Positions 12,331-25,400 of a DNA stretch of 64,000 nucleotides are shown piece after piece. The position numbers and the translations under genes are program-made. The DNA lies in NCBI GenBank assembly GCA_977030845.1, contig OZ365116.1, positions 20,212,001-20,276,000 on the forward strand, written 5' to 3'. The notes beneath the pieces were generated by a model. That model saw only the letters and a list, made by a program, of their open reading frames with translations, did no database searches and had not been told where the DNA came from. Source of the DNA: Fimbriosthenelais zetlandica (taxonomy: Eukaryota). Every line of letters starts with the position of its first letter. Within the stretch, counting starts at the first letter, position 1.

Positions 12331-14625
12331 TCACTTTTTAGTGGCCATGTCCTTTTTGAGCAGCGCTAAAGCAGCCAGTCTTGTGTCTCGCCATTGCATC
12401 CTTTCTGCCAGTTCAGTAGTGGGTATGACAGCTTCCATGGCAGCATTGACTTTCTCAGCTGTCTCCCCACTCCACCTGGGAATGGCACCAAAACTGTCAG
12501 TTATGGTGTGAATGTTTTCCCCATATCGTTCACAGTAGTTTTTCATTCCTAAAAGAGACCGATTCATTTCTTTTTTAGAAGATATTAATTCAGAAAAGAG
12601 AGACATCAAGGTATGCAAGACAAAAAGAGCTACTGACCATTTGCATTGAGGTGGCATGCTTGAAGAGGACCAACAAATGCATACCGCATTCCTAAACCAT
12701 CCTTCATGACTGTATCAAGGTCATATACACTGATTACATTGTCCTACAAGGTCATTAATAAGGAGAGAATTAATGACTGTTGAGGATATTCCAAGAGCTT
12801 CAGAAGTCAATGGCATTAAAGTTGAAACACACGGAACAATCTTTGCAAACTACATCAATAACTAACCAAGACAAATGCTAATGATAGGACATTGAGAACT
12901 GCATTGGAAAGATAGCCACACCTGTACTAGTCTCCAACACTCATTCATCAGAGCGTACTGAAGTCGGTTAAGGACAAAACCCAAGCATTCCTTCTTGATG
13001 AATACTGGCACCTGGCCTACTTCCTCCATCAGGTGCATGGTGCGCTTCGTGATTTCAGGACGGGTGCCTGGTGCAGGGCATACCTCTACAAGAGGTGTGT
13101 AGAAAGGAGGATTACACTAAATGAAAAGAAAGAAAAGAAATCCAAAAATGTAGTATATATTAAAGTTGAACTAGCTCAAATGGAATCTTTCATCATGTAA
13201 CATAATCAGGGGTGAGTGAAGTAGTATGAATGTGATTCATGAGGTGGCAGCAACTGCATGTAAGAGCTTAACATATCTTCATCCTCCACCAATAGGTATC
13301 CTGATAAAGCTGCACTATACATGAGTAAACATTATCTGAAAAAGTGGATCAAAAGTCAGGTTCCCAACAAGAGATATGTACTCACAGGGTGACAGACGAT
13401 AACCTGGTCCTTGTGCTTGATGTCCTTGGTGAAGGTAGAGATGGGCATGGAGGAAGTAGAGCTGGAGAGGATAGCGTTATTACTACACCACTCATCAACC
13501 TGCTTAAACACATCTACCTTCATCTCAAACTGCTCCGGTACACACTCCTATAGTAAAACAAACATGCAGGCCAAGGCCTTTACTATGGTACAGATCTAAG
13601 TTGTCGTTGGGCTCTATAGCGTTAAAATATAGTTATAATATTGATGACATATCCTAGTTAGAAGTAGTACCCTCTATTACCTGTATAAAGAAGGCGGCAG
13701 TGACAGCTTCCTGCAGACTGTTGGTACCTGAGATGAGAGATAGTTGTTCATCTACACTCAGAGTGCCCCTCAATAAACCCTTTACTTTCAGGTCTTCCAA
13801 CTGTACCTGAAAAATCAAAGACAAGATTCTTTAGATTCTCTATGGAAGTTCTCTCAAGACTGAAGTAGTCAATTTATCGAAGAGGATCTGCATGGAATAA
13901 TAGAAAGTATAAAAGAAACATTAAAAGACATTGTGCATGGCTCACCTTGATATTGTCAAGAGCTGTTGATATTTGGTGAGGAAGTATGTCATACATTGCC
14001 ACGCTGTAGCCAGATGAAGCAAAAAACATGGCGAAACTTCGTCCAATGAGGCCGCTGCCGACAACAACAAATTCATATCATTCTTTGCAGCGGAGATAGA
14101 CATACCGCAATTCTCAAAATCAATCAAAACTAACATGATGCAAAGCAGCTCCCGTTTAATTTAAGTAGAATGTCCAGAAACAGCTAAGGCAAGGTGTTGA
14201 GAGATACAATGACATATTTAAACAGTAGACCTACATGATAAAATTGGTCTACCTAAGAGATAAGCAACAGATAGGAAATCACCTTTGCCCAAATATTTAT
14301 AACATATAACAACCCAAAAATAGCGTCAAAAGAACCGATTTTTTTTTTTACAGAATATCCACGCCATTACAAATTTTCCACATACAACATTATACAAAGC
14401 AACTGTAAGCTCAAAAGTATACTTCCATATGAAAGCTATTCCTTGTAAAACTCTATAGTAAAATCTAACAAGGACTAAATCCATCAATATTTAGAATCTT
14501 TCGGCGTTGTCAAAAGAGGAATTTGGTGAAATATCAAAGTATCTCATCTAATATCACTTGTTAGCTCACCTGCCGATAATGGCGACCTTTTCATTCTTAA
14601 TGGTAGTAACATTTCCCTCAGACAT
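12331..14625 (-). CDS. CRYL1: Lambda-crystallin homolog / L-gulonate 3-dehydrogenase; 7 exons, 323 aa
   Basis: Exons 14570-14625, 13946-14054, 13681-13806, 13386-13547, 12922-13116, 12638-12743 and 12331-12548, all GT-AG and in frame. Motifs [81 protein letters not shown] and WRD match CRYL1. Confidence 0.96.
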
Positions 14626-17600
14626 TGTGAGATACAGCCTCTGCAGTCTACAGTAACGCTATGGAGTGTGACATTCACTATGACCTCTTATCTCTAATTC
14701 TAATTCTCTATCCAGAGGGAAGCACTATAAATACATTAATTTAATAAGATCTATTGAACTTGGCCCACAGAGAACTGGTTGTAAAGGATTTAATAACAAA
14801 TTAATCCTATAGAATATAAGACGGTCACGTTCCTCATTCAGTATCAAGAAGCTACAAGGACCAAACGGCAAGGATGGACCCGGCATAACTCAAGTAGAAA
14901 TCTCTACTTGGCCACCGTCACAAAATCATAAATCCCTTGTCAATTACCCTCCTAGGATCCATAAGCAACATGCATATTTCATGTATTATTGTCTATATTA
15001 CCCTGGTGCCATGTATGTCTTGATACGGATCTAATGTACGTCCATCAGCAATAATACAACGCTTCTTATAAGACCCCCTATATCCATTGATCAGAACACT
15101 GGGCCTGCTACAATTTCAGACCTTCATTTCGCTGTAAAGATAGCCTGTCTAAAGTACTGTCTATCCTGGGTAATATTGATGAGTTGTCATAGTCACAATT
15201 CAGTCAGGGCAATCAACAAAAATATGTTATATTTCTCGATTAATAGTTCTCTTTTTATATTTTATTGTGTAGTGCATAAAATCAATTTATACCAATTTGT
15301 ATTCCACCGAGATTTTCACCATTTTCATTTCACAAAATAAATTCCTTAAGATGCCCATATGATTCATATATTTGAGGAATGCATCCAGGTATAGCTCTTG
15401 CTACTGCTCACAGATGGAAACTGCTTAGCGGGAGAGCTGGGAAAATGTACTTAAATCATGTTTTAATGTGAGCAAATTTGGTCAGGAGGTCTTCTTTGAA
15501 TAATTGAGGGGTCTGATGTGACAGTTCCTCACTGGCCTACCATTAACATTCCCACAAACAATCATTAGAAGCTAACTAACTCACTGGTCTAATTGGGTCA
15601 TGGAGGCTATATTTGCTTCCAGGCAGCCCACCCATTGCATTAATAATACTTGTGACCCACACCCGAATATAGAAAAGGACATCTAATATCATATCTAAAA
15701 TTTAATGTTAAACATGTAATAAAGTCATAGGACATTAAACCTTATGCCTCAGTAAGAGTGTGAGAGTATATGAACCAATCCATTCGTGCATGGCTGCGTG
15801 ATCTATATGATTTATTTATAGTAGATAAGGTGACATTTCCTATAATTAACAATGTGCAGAAAAGGCATTTATATCATGATGGTGACATCTCGGATAGCAC
15901 GAGAATGAGCACCAATTCAAACTCAATAAATAAGTACCCCCATAGCCAATAACTATCCTTCTTTCACCCCATAAAATCAATACGAACTATGTTTGCCCAT
16001 GTAAGCCAAACTTCCAACAGACCTAATACATTTCAGAAATGAAGTAGTACACATCAAAATATACACAACTAATTACTTATTCTGAAAATGACTGAAAATG
16101 CAGATCAACCCAAAAGTCCCTTAGAAGATAGGCAACCCGAGGTAATGAGAGAACTGGGATGGGAGCAAACGAAAACACAGACAGAGGGCATGAACTTAAC
16201 TGAGTAGAATACAGACAAGTATGGACAGAGTGGATCTTAGGAATATAACATTGACTATCGTTCATGTTGGTCACACTAGAAGGGACAAGGGGAATAGATA
16301 TATAATAAATATAAATTTGCATAAAATATAAAATATCTAGGTTGATTAAAGTAATGTAAATTTGAACAGCGCTCTTGAATCTGCAATTGCATGGAAAGAG
16401 CGCTTAACAAATGTGGTATATAATATAATAATATCAGGACTAATGAACTAAATAAACGTGCATATAAGGCATTATTATGGTAGATAAGTGTACCCACTTG
16501 AGAAAGAAGACTCATTAAAGTATAATCACAGAGAATTTAGTCCACTTCCTCTTTGTGGGTAATGGTTCCTTATCATGTTAATGAATATTTATAGGTATGA
16601 AGGCATGGTATATGTAGAAAGCATTTTTCATTACAGCTCAGTTCTGACTCCCAAGCATGAAGCATGGAGATACTTTGGTACAGGAAAATGTATAACCTAT
16701 TCAATTCAGAACTGACTTATTCGTCAGAGAAAGTAAAGGTGTAAACCAAAAATGCTTCATCCATATTGTATATCATTCAAACTGGGTTGAAATAATTCGG
16801 CTCTAACATCTTAATCGACAAACCAAATGGACTACCTCGCAAAAGATAGTTTATCTCAAATTTTCTGAAAGTTTAATGGAAGGTGGGAGAGATAATTCAA
16901 TGTGGAGGAACTCGTGGATTAATGTGCCTGTTTATATTCCACTTACAACCCTATACCATAGCCCATTCACACACGATGAAGGTCCCACGCGACCATAGGT
17001 CATTTTGCGCCCCTGAAACTTTCACGACCATGTGTCCAAAGATGTATTTTGTCATTAAGCATCTCTCATGGGTGGGTCCTATTGACATCAATGTTTCACA
17101 TGAATTATGTTAGAACCCATGTAGCGAGAAAGCATAGAGAAAATGATTTTGGTTGTGACGTCGAATTAATGCAATTCGCGAAGATACCTGGGGTTTATTG
17201 TGGAAATCTCTCAGGGAGTCCGCATCTGACGGAGCGCAGTGACCTTTTCTATAATGGAGAACTGCAATCACTATAAACATTAACATAACACAGGGATGGC
17301 CCATATCAACCATCTTACTGTTCCCCCACTCCATCAGGTCTGGTACAGCAGAGGATCGTATGTATAACCAAACAGTCATCATCAATCCTATACTGTCATT
17401 TTCCTATCAATTCCAGAAACGACTATAACTAGTGGTAACAAAACATCATGGCATTTCCAATGAAGCAATTGAGGCGAAAATCCAATGATTACAACTGATT
17501 CATTTATCCTGATACAGTACTTAGAAAACCTCTGATAAAGTTTCAGTTTTGAAGTCCTTCCTGCATGCGATGGAAAAGGAGACTTGGTTGGTCAATGTAC

Positions 17601-17922
17601 CAATGGGTATTAGAGTTATCACAGAGACACCGGGACTCATATTTCAAAGCCTAAACTCATGAAATGTTGTCCCTATGATTATGTTTTTCCATCACCTTTT
17701 TCATACTCTAAAAAACTCATCACCTCAATATGGTATTCTAATGATATTCTTTCTCCTTTACGGTTCACCTTTCTTCTGTCCCCTTTTTATGGTTTCCTAG
17801 TATTCTAATATGGAGTTCTCCATATTTGAAAATACAAGTACATAGTATATGAATGAATGTTTACAACACCCAATGGAGTATTCACATATTTCAACAATGG
17901 GAAAACCATGTTTTAAAAACGG

Positions 17923-17956
17923 CCTGATATAGTTTGACACCTGATATAGTTTGACA
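17923..17956. repeat. 17-bp tandem duplication
   Basis: CCTGATATAGTTTGACA x2. Confidence 0.85.
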
Positions 17957-18229
17957 AATGTATCATGTGGAATCATTGGTTATGACAATATCCAGTGGGA
18001 TTCTTGGCAAATGATATTCAGTGGCTACAGAAACTATTTCAACCATGGCGTAATCCGCACAGGGGAGGAATATGGAGTTAGAAGCCATTATATGACGCGT
18101 GGAAGCAATAACTTCCATTGTCATTCAATATATCAATTACATCAGAGGTTAAATTGAATTTCTGGGATAAAAAGCCTAAAAGGGTGTTGAGGGAATTTAT
18201 GTGGGTGAGAAGACACCTACACATAGGTA

Positions 18230-18415
18230 TGACGTGAGAGGTAGGGTGAGATGTGATTGGATGGTAGGATATGTGCGTGGTGAGTGCGCCGTACGTGCTG
18301 CGTGTTTTATAATGTGACGCGGCCAGGCAGAGCGGAGTGTGGTGCGACAAGAAGGAGAAAGACTCAGACCAGGAGAGATTCAACCAAACTATACCACCAC
18401 CAGCTCTCCACTCAG
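18230..18415 (+). promoter_or_regulatory. Probable promoter and non-coding first exon of the Cys-peptide precursor gene
   Basis: TGACG half-sites near 18230 and 18315, TTTTATAA near 18305 within a CpG-rich patch, and a strong donor CTCAG|GTACGT at 18415/18416. The next good acceptor is TTTTTTTCTAAG|19395, just before the ATG at 19418. Confidence 0.55.
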
Positions 18416-19417
18416 GTACGTTACGTCTCTTACATTTCTTTTTCACTTCTTCATGTAAAACAAGGGAGAAAAGTCATTGGACTATCTACACAACTTTTTT
18501 TAAACATTTTTCCCCATTGCCTTGGAGTTTCGTGGAGATGAACCAACTTAATTTGGGGTTACTGCTGATTGTAATGTTGACAAAACTATCATTATATTTT
18601 CTTAAATTTTGCACATAATTGAAAAATCAGACGAAGGATAAAATGAAGAAGGATAAGACTTGTTATGTCGTTTGCATTGTCATTTGGGGTCACATACAGC
18701 AATTTGGTTTCTTGGGCTTTAAGAAAGGGCGTTCTTTCAAAATGTTGCCATCATTTACCATTCGCTTTAGCGGAGATGTTCAGGCAAGATTTTATTCTAA
18801 AAGATGTTGCGAACCCACCACTGTTTGCACAGTCCATAACTGCAAACAAATTTGATGCATTCAGAATTAATGGTGAAAAAATCGTCATATTTGTCAAATT
18901 TCCGACAAACCACTTGATATTAGTACGTGCTTTGAGCCAAATGACATCAGAAATTATTTCCAATTCTATCATACATGACTTTTTGTTTGAGACAATAATA
19001 TTTTTTTCCTATAGAATTGGAAAATGCATCGCATTACAAGGTATAAGTTTGTACATAAAACTGAAAAGCATGTCTGGCCTGAAGTGACAACTGATTACAT
19101 CATTTAAAACGAATTATTCTCCTTTTATCTTAAAGGTCGTGAAAAAAGGAAGGGGACCACTGGTAGCTCAAACAGGGCAGGGACGCGGCGGGCGGCGCCG
19201 AGCTGCATTGGCGCAAAAAAAAGAGCAGGAAGAATGGAAAATACCTCCAACTTCTGATGTACAACTACCCACAAGCTTGGAATGAGCCCAGACCACAACC
19301 CCAGCGACTTGAGAAACTAGTGAAAATTAAAAGAAATACTGCCTTTGTGTTGCTGACAAGGCACTTCAAACAAATCGTCATATTTTTTTCTAAGACGCTG
19401 TAATTGAAAGAATCAAC

Positions 19418-22400
19418 ATGAGGACGACTGCGTTTTTGCTCTTCATTTTTCTGCAAATTCTGATGCCAGGTAAGAAGTTTTCTTAAACGCAAATGTTTAC
19501 TGATATTATTGATATTACTGGTCCAACTACATGTGAAACTAAGCATCACATTTTGTATGTCTGTGCCGATTGATATGATAATTTTCCAAATTACTTGCTG
19601 AGTAAACCATTAAAATCAGTCAGTGAAAGTCATTCTAAAGCATGGTCTGATAAACATATTAGAATATCTGACGATTTACAATGTTGGACATGTAAGCACA
19701 TGCCTCCTGCCATGGACTATAAACTTAATTTGCCTCCTTAACAGGATGCTGAGCGAACATGATAATAAGGCTATTTTCTATCTATGACACTACATAAATC
19801 CAGGGGCTATTTTTTAATTGGCAAATGTTTCTTCTGACTATTGGCAAGATGCTTTGATGGAATGATATTGATAGGACATCATTGTGTCCTTTGATACAAT
19901 GGCTTTCGGGTTGTTGGCAAAAGCAAGTCAATTTGAACTGACTTTACAAAGTTTTCAAAGCAGACATCAAAGCTTTACGTGATAAAAGCAATGGGGATTT
20001 CCTGCACGTTATTCAAATCACATATTGCATTACAGGCAACTGATATTCTGAAATAAATATGAAACATTTTCAAGGCATGGCTCCACATGCAAGGGTGGCA
20101 GGAGTGACATACATATCGGTCAAAAACTGTTGTTCATTCAATGGCACCCCCCCCCCCCCCCCCACCAATATGCAACCGGTCCTGCCAGAAATACATCGCA
20201 TTTCAAAGAGATTGTTTTTGAAATACGAATCCTTTAATTTAAGCCAATCTAGTTGAAAGGCCTTTTGCAGGCCATCGAGCTCAAGGACTGCATTTGAGAG
20301 AATGCTTGCAGTGAAAAAATCTAGAGCTTTGTGTACAAGTCTAAATGGGGGTGAGATCAATGATGGAATGAAGCTTATTAGCAGGGTGGATTGTCTATAT
20401 TGATGACATTAAGTGAGTAACTTCCTGTGACAACTACATGAACGTATTGAACATAACAACTCCAAATTAAAACCATGACGTATCTGCTGACATCTTTCAT
20501 AAATCGAAAAAAAAGGTATAATGAAATACAATGCCTCATAGGAAGATGTCCCCAGCTAATATGGTACTCTAAAATTTATCAGACATTTTGGAAAGGATAA
20601 ACTTTCAATTCCTATTATGACTGCTACCAATCATCAGTTAATAGAGTGAGCCATTCTCTATGACTATCTGTAGATAGGTAGTAAATATTCAATATGCAAT
20701 ATCCCTCAATGACGCCAGAGAATGGTAGAGATATTGCCATGAATTTCGCCACATACAGCCTTGATCACCGTTTGATTTATTATTCATAAACTGATGATGA
20801 TATAGGAAATATCTCACAATGGATTCTACATATTCTAGATTGGGGTTGAGAATTCATCCATTAAAGGGACAGAAGTTTGAAATGTATCTGACCTGTCACG
20901 CATTATGCTCTTTTCTGTATCCGATACGATACAGGATTTAATGAAATATTAATAATTCCTGCGATGAGATAGTTGCTATATTTCTGAGTGTCAGACGCAC
21001 TACAGACTGGAGCATTCTCACATCAAAAGTTTAGTACAGAAGGATCTGCTATCTATAGGTATAGAATCCTTTGAACCGATATTTGTTTACTTTGAAACCT
21101 ATTGTCACAACCTTCAAAGTCAATCATGATACAGACTCACTCAACTTCACCAGTTTGCTGAGTTGTTTAAAAAATCTGTCTTGGTCTTTTGGTTGACAGA
21201 TTCAAGAGTTTTGATCGGGAATTGCTCAAATAACTTTTTTAATGAAATCTTAAAAATAAGTTTTCAGTAGTAGAGACGCTGATCATTTCATCACGCCACG
21301 CTACAAAAATCAAAAGCTCTTCTGAAAGGTACTTCTTAAAATGTAGAAAGCTTCTCAAGAAAAATTTCCCCCTTGTCTTATCATTGGCTAATATAGCTTC
21401 TTGTGAAATACAGCCCAAAATATCATAGCCATAAGTATAAGCAGACCTTCTTCAGAGTTCAAGATGATCCTCATGAAACTAAAAAAAAGATTGATATTTT
21501 ACAAAATATGGTCTATTAAGGCCATTTTAACATGGCTGAGTTATCAGACGGGCCTGTTAGCAGTGATGGATGTGCAGCTTGACTACACGAGCTGGGCTGT
21601 CACTCCACTAGAACTGAGGGTTCCAGGTGGGGTTTTTTGTTTGTGTAACAGACAGAGCTGTCTACTTAGTGTGGCCACTTTTCAATAATTAATCTACTTC
21701 GTCTAAAGACACACAAACATTATATTCTATTCGAAAGATACTATTTGTTCTCTGAATTGTTACGTCCTATTTTTCTCCAGTTGCTGTTGTTGCAGCAACA
21801 TGCAACTACCGACGTTGAATATAAAGGATAGATGAGGAAACATGGTCTGATTTTGATGAACTGATTCTTTGTCTTATTATGGTGCCTTCGAAAATGTGAA
21901 TAACAACATCACGCTAATGTAGGGTAACATCATACAATGTGTTTCATGTGGAAGATATTTAAAAACAAGACAACGCATACACGATTCCTTCTATACCACT
22001 ACTTGAATATGCAAGTATGGAATCAGAGGTAGGCCTACATGGTCATTAAATATGAACAAATAAAAATATCAATGTACGTGTTGTCGTCTTGTATTATTGG
22101 GGCATTCAATGAATGTAGGATTTAATAGTACTTGTGACCATCAAACTTTACTGAAAACAATCCTACTTTTCTTATACTACAAATCTCTTCAAATATGTTT
22201 TCACTTGGAACTATGTGATTCCTGACTCATGCCAATATCAAATTTAAAATGAGAAGGATCAGTGTTTTATGATGCGTATTATTAAAAGTCATCTCTCCCC
22301 GATGGTCTAATTCACCTTAAGTAATAAATTAAAGCAATGAGCGACAAATTGGAATCAACTTAGAACTGTCAACATCGCGTGAGAGCATGCTGGGCGTGTT

Positions 22401-25400
22401 TTTATCATGACTATATAGTGCCTGGCCTTTGGGGGAAGTAGTCCCTGTATCCCCTTAATTCCCATCCTCTCCTCCTACCATCCACCCACCCATACCTACA
22501 TGCAAACTTTATCATCATCATCATCCATGCTACCAACTCGCTGATCACGCCAATCAGTTTAAATGCTATTTACATTCTTTTTACCTTGCTGCAAAACGTA
22601 CCTCCCCCACTCTGTTTCCCTATCAGTCCGCATCACCCTACCCTTGCTAATATTGACTAAACCTCACCCTTCCTCCTGATTGCTATACTGCTCATAAGCT
22701 TTTGCTGGTTTTCACCCCATTTCCTAACGCTGAATGTTGGGTCAGTTGAGACGAGTAAATTGACAAGCAAGCTTTGGTAGGATAGAGATGGGACAGGTAG
22801 AGACCTATATGCTCTGTGTCCGGGTGATTAGGAGAGAGGAGTCAGGGGAAAGTTTACACAAGTAGGCTATTCCATACAATGGCTGTTATTAGCCCTGTTT
22901 AAGGTTACGTTCCTGTCAATTGATTTTAACACAATCCATGTATAATGCTAGGATAACAATACACCCGTTTGTCCTATCTCATCCCTCATGCATATTAACT
23001 GGTGCCAGCAATTCATTTCGATGCAAAGTAAAACACTAAACGAGATGTCTTTCTTTAAAGCAAAATTTAGAGGTGCATCCAAAATGATTATGTATAATTT
23101 CATCTAAAGTAAGTTCCCTATCCTCACTCTCTGCCACATGTGCACACATTGTAAACAATTAGATTGGACTCTTAGATCCAGATGCAATATCTGAAAGGGA
23201 CGATATCCCAATTCAAATATACCTAATGCTTCCATTAGCGACCACTGACGTATACGTATGTACCCAGATTCAGAGGGGACAGGTCGGCAGCTGGGGTTGG
23301 GTCAGTAGGAATTTTCACTTCACTAGGCAAGACAAAGCATCAGTCACCCCTTCACTCACTTCTACGAGGCTTAGTAATTATATGGGAGGAGAAAAACTGT
23401 TAACAATAGAAAAAAATGATCTTATTGTTTTACACAATAGTGCAGAATTAAACATAATATCAAAGAATGACAAATAGTTAAACAATTTCGGTAATTTGAT
23501 TATTAAAATAAGGAGTCTAAATATAGGCAATGACACCTGAAGGCTTTATAGCCAAATCTGGTTCATTTAGCGTTGGAGTTGAGATGAGGAGAGGGCTTGC
23601 CTTCAGGAATGGGTCTAAGTAGTTTCAAATACTAACGAGGACGTATTGTCTTCCTCAGCCACCAAGTATTATTTCTCGGTCGATTTACTCCAATCGCCTC
23701 GGGCCCATTTATTAAAGCACACAAAATAGTCCCTCATTAACAGCTTTAAACTTAGCCGTTGTTTACTATATATTTAGATTTTATTCCAAAACCAACGAAG
23801 TAACTGTTCCCAAATATTTATTTTCTGTCGGGAATTTGCAGTATATCTGTACATACACATCTATAGCTATTTAGTTTAGGTAATAATTTGATCCGAGCCT
23901 TTGAAAGGAAGTGAAAGGGAAGGGAACAGAAACAGAGGTTTATCCCATATATGGCATCTGGGACACTGACTAGTCAAGGCTTGTATTGACCTTCTCCTTT
24001 ATTACCTCATTGGAATTTCAAAACCAGAAGGCAGTGTGAGACAATGTGTGGTGGAAACCTCCAGAGATTACTATCATTACACATTAGGTCTGAATCATTA
24101 GTACTTAGGACATGTATGGTAGGGACTGCCAGGTGGGCCAATAATGCACAAACATAGATCTATATGCACCGAGTAAAATTGGCAGGAACCATATGAGAAA
24201 TGGCTGACGGTGGTTTGTTTTCTACATATATTATGGGGACATAATTGTTCCTATATGATCTGGTCAGAATGGGTCATAAATGGGTGTTATCAGTATCGCT
24301 TTATCAACCTAAAAAAAAGAGCACTGACTATTAGCTACATCATTAGCTATCCATAGAACGAGGTTTTGTTCATGTTCCCTTTACATCATTTGTCACTTTT
24401 TAAAGGTAATTGATTTAAATTCATCAAATTATCTCACTGCCCATGAACAAGTGCCACTTTGGAGTAACTTTTGTTATAAAATAGATTGATTAAAAGCCTG
24501 TAGTGTCTGACCATGTCCCCGGGACAGCAGTCCCTCCAGGCATCTAACAGCACAAACCCATTAATCAAGATTCACTGCAGTTTCCCCTATCGTTACTCCA
24601 AGATATATCACGTTAGAAAATGTATATGTAATGGTCCCCACTATGATTCCATTGTGTGCTTCCACACATTTCAGGATAGTGCTGTATCGGAATGGATATT
24701 AAAAGCAATTACATAAAACAGTAGAAGAGAGAATTGAACGCATAGCCGTTGATACGTATCGGCAATACCAGTTGTGGATAGGGTCCATCATGATGGGTGT
24801 CATTAATATACTGTATTAGTGGGCATCATCTTCACTAACATTCAATGCATTGTGTCATATATAACCACGGCAGAAAGCATGGTAATCAACCTTTCCTGAC
24901 ACCCATCTAAATACAAAAATGCATTAATGATAATGAAACCAGGAGTGATAGAATGGTAATTTGTGGAAATACAATGAATAACAACAGTTGTAAACCAGGA
25001 ATTGCTCAACTCAGGCCATCGACATATCACAAATTGAGACATTTAACAGGATTGAGTCAGTCGTTATCTTTGTCAGTAATCTACATAAGTATCGGAAGCC
25101 TTATCCTGCAGCAAATAGGATAGTGTTGAGGTAGTTAAATGAATGCAAAACTTAAACTCACTCCCACTTATTGAAATGAAACTTGTTCAAATATATTGTG
25201 TGAGAAAGTAAGAGAGGGAAGTCTTTCTTCCACATTATGACATTATGATTTGAGCTATGCAGGTTCCATCAGTAGAGCTGTAATTAGTTGTTGCATTGAA
25301 GGATGTTCTAAGGTAAAAGACAATCATCAAAGATGTAACAAGGCTAGTTCTAGCACGTTTCAATCTTCCGCCCATTACCCTGCCATTCCCCTACACTTTG

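Noticed and set aside
18078-19087. Cluster of 73-140 aa ORFs on both strands
   Set aside because: No recognisable motifs; they overlap a promoter, a UTR exon and AT-rich intron.
19136-19394. Longer 5' exon with uORFs upstream of the peptide ATG
   Set aside because: A better acceptor sits at 19394, so these ATGs may be intronic. Cannot be resolved without transcripts.
19780-21500. Possible LINE RT remnants on the minus strand (IAFIT*SFD, FRRAFDF)
   Set aside because: Only isolated weak motif resemblance, insufficient to call.
21781-21818. Candidate exon VAVVAATCNYRR* after TTTTCTCCAG
   Set aside because: Hits a stop with no good donor, whereas the 28106-28154 exon fits the required phases exactly.
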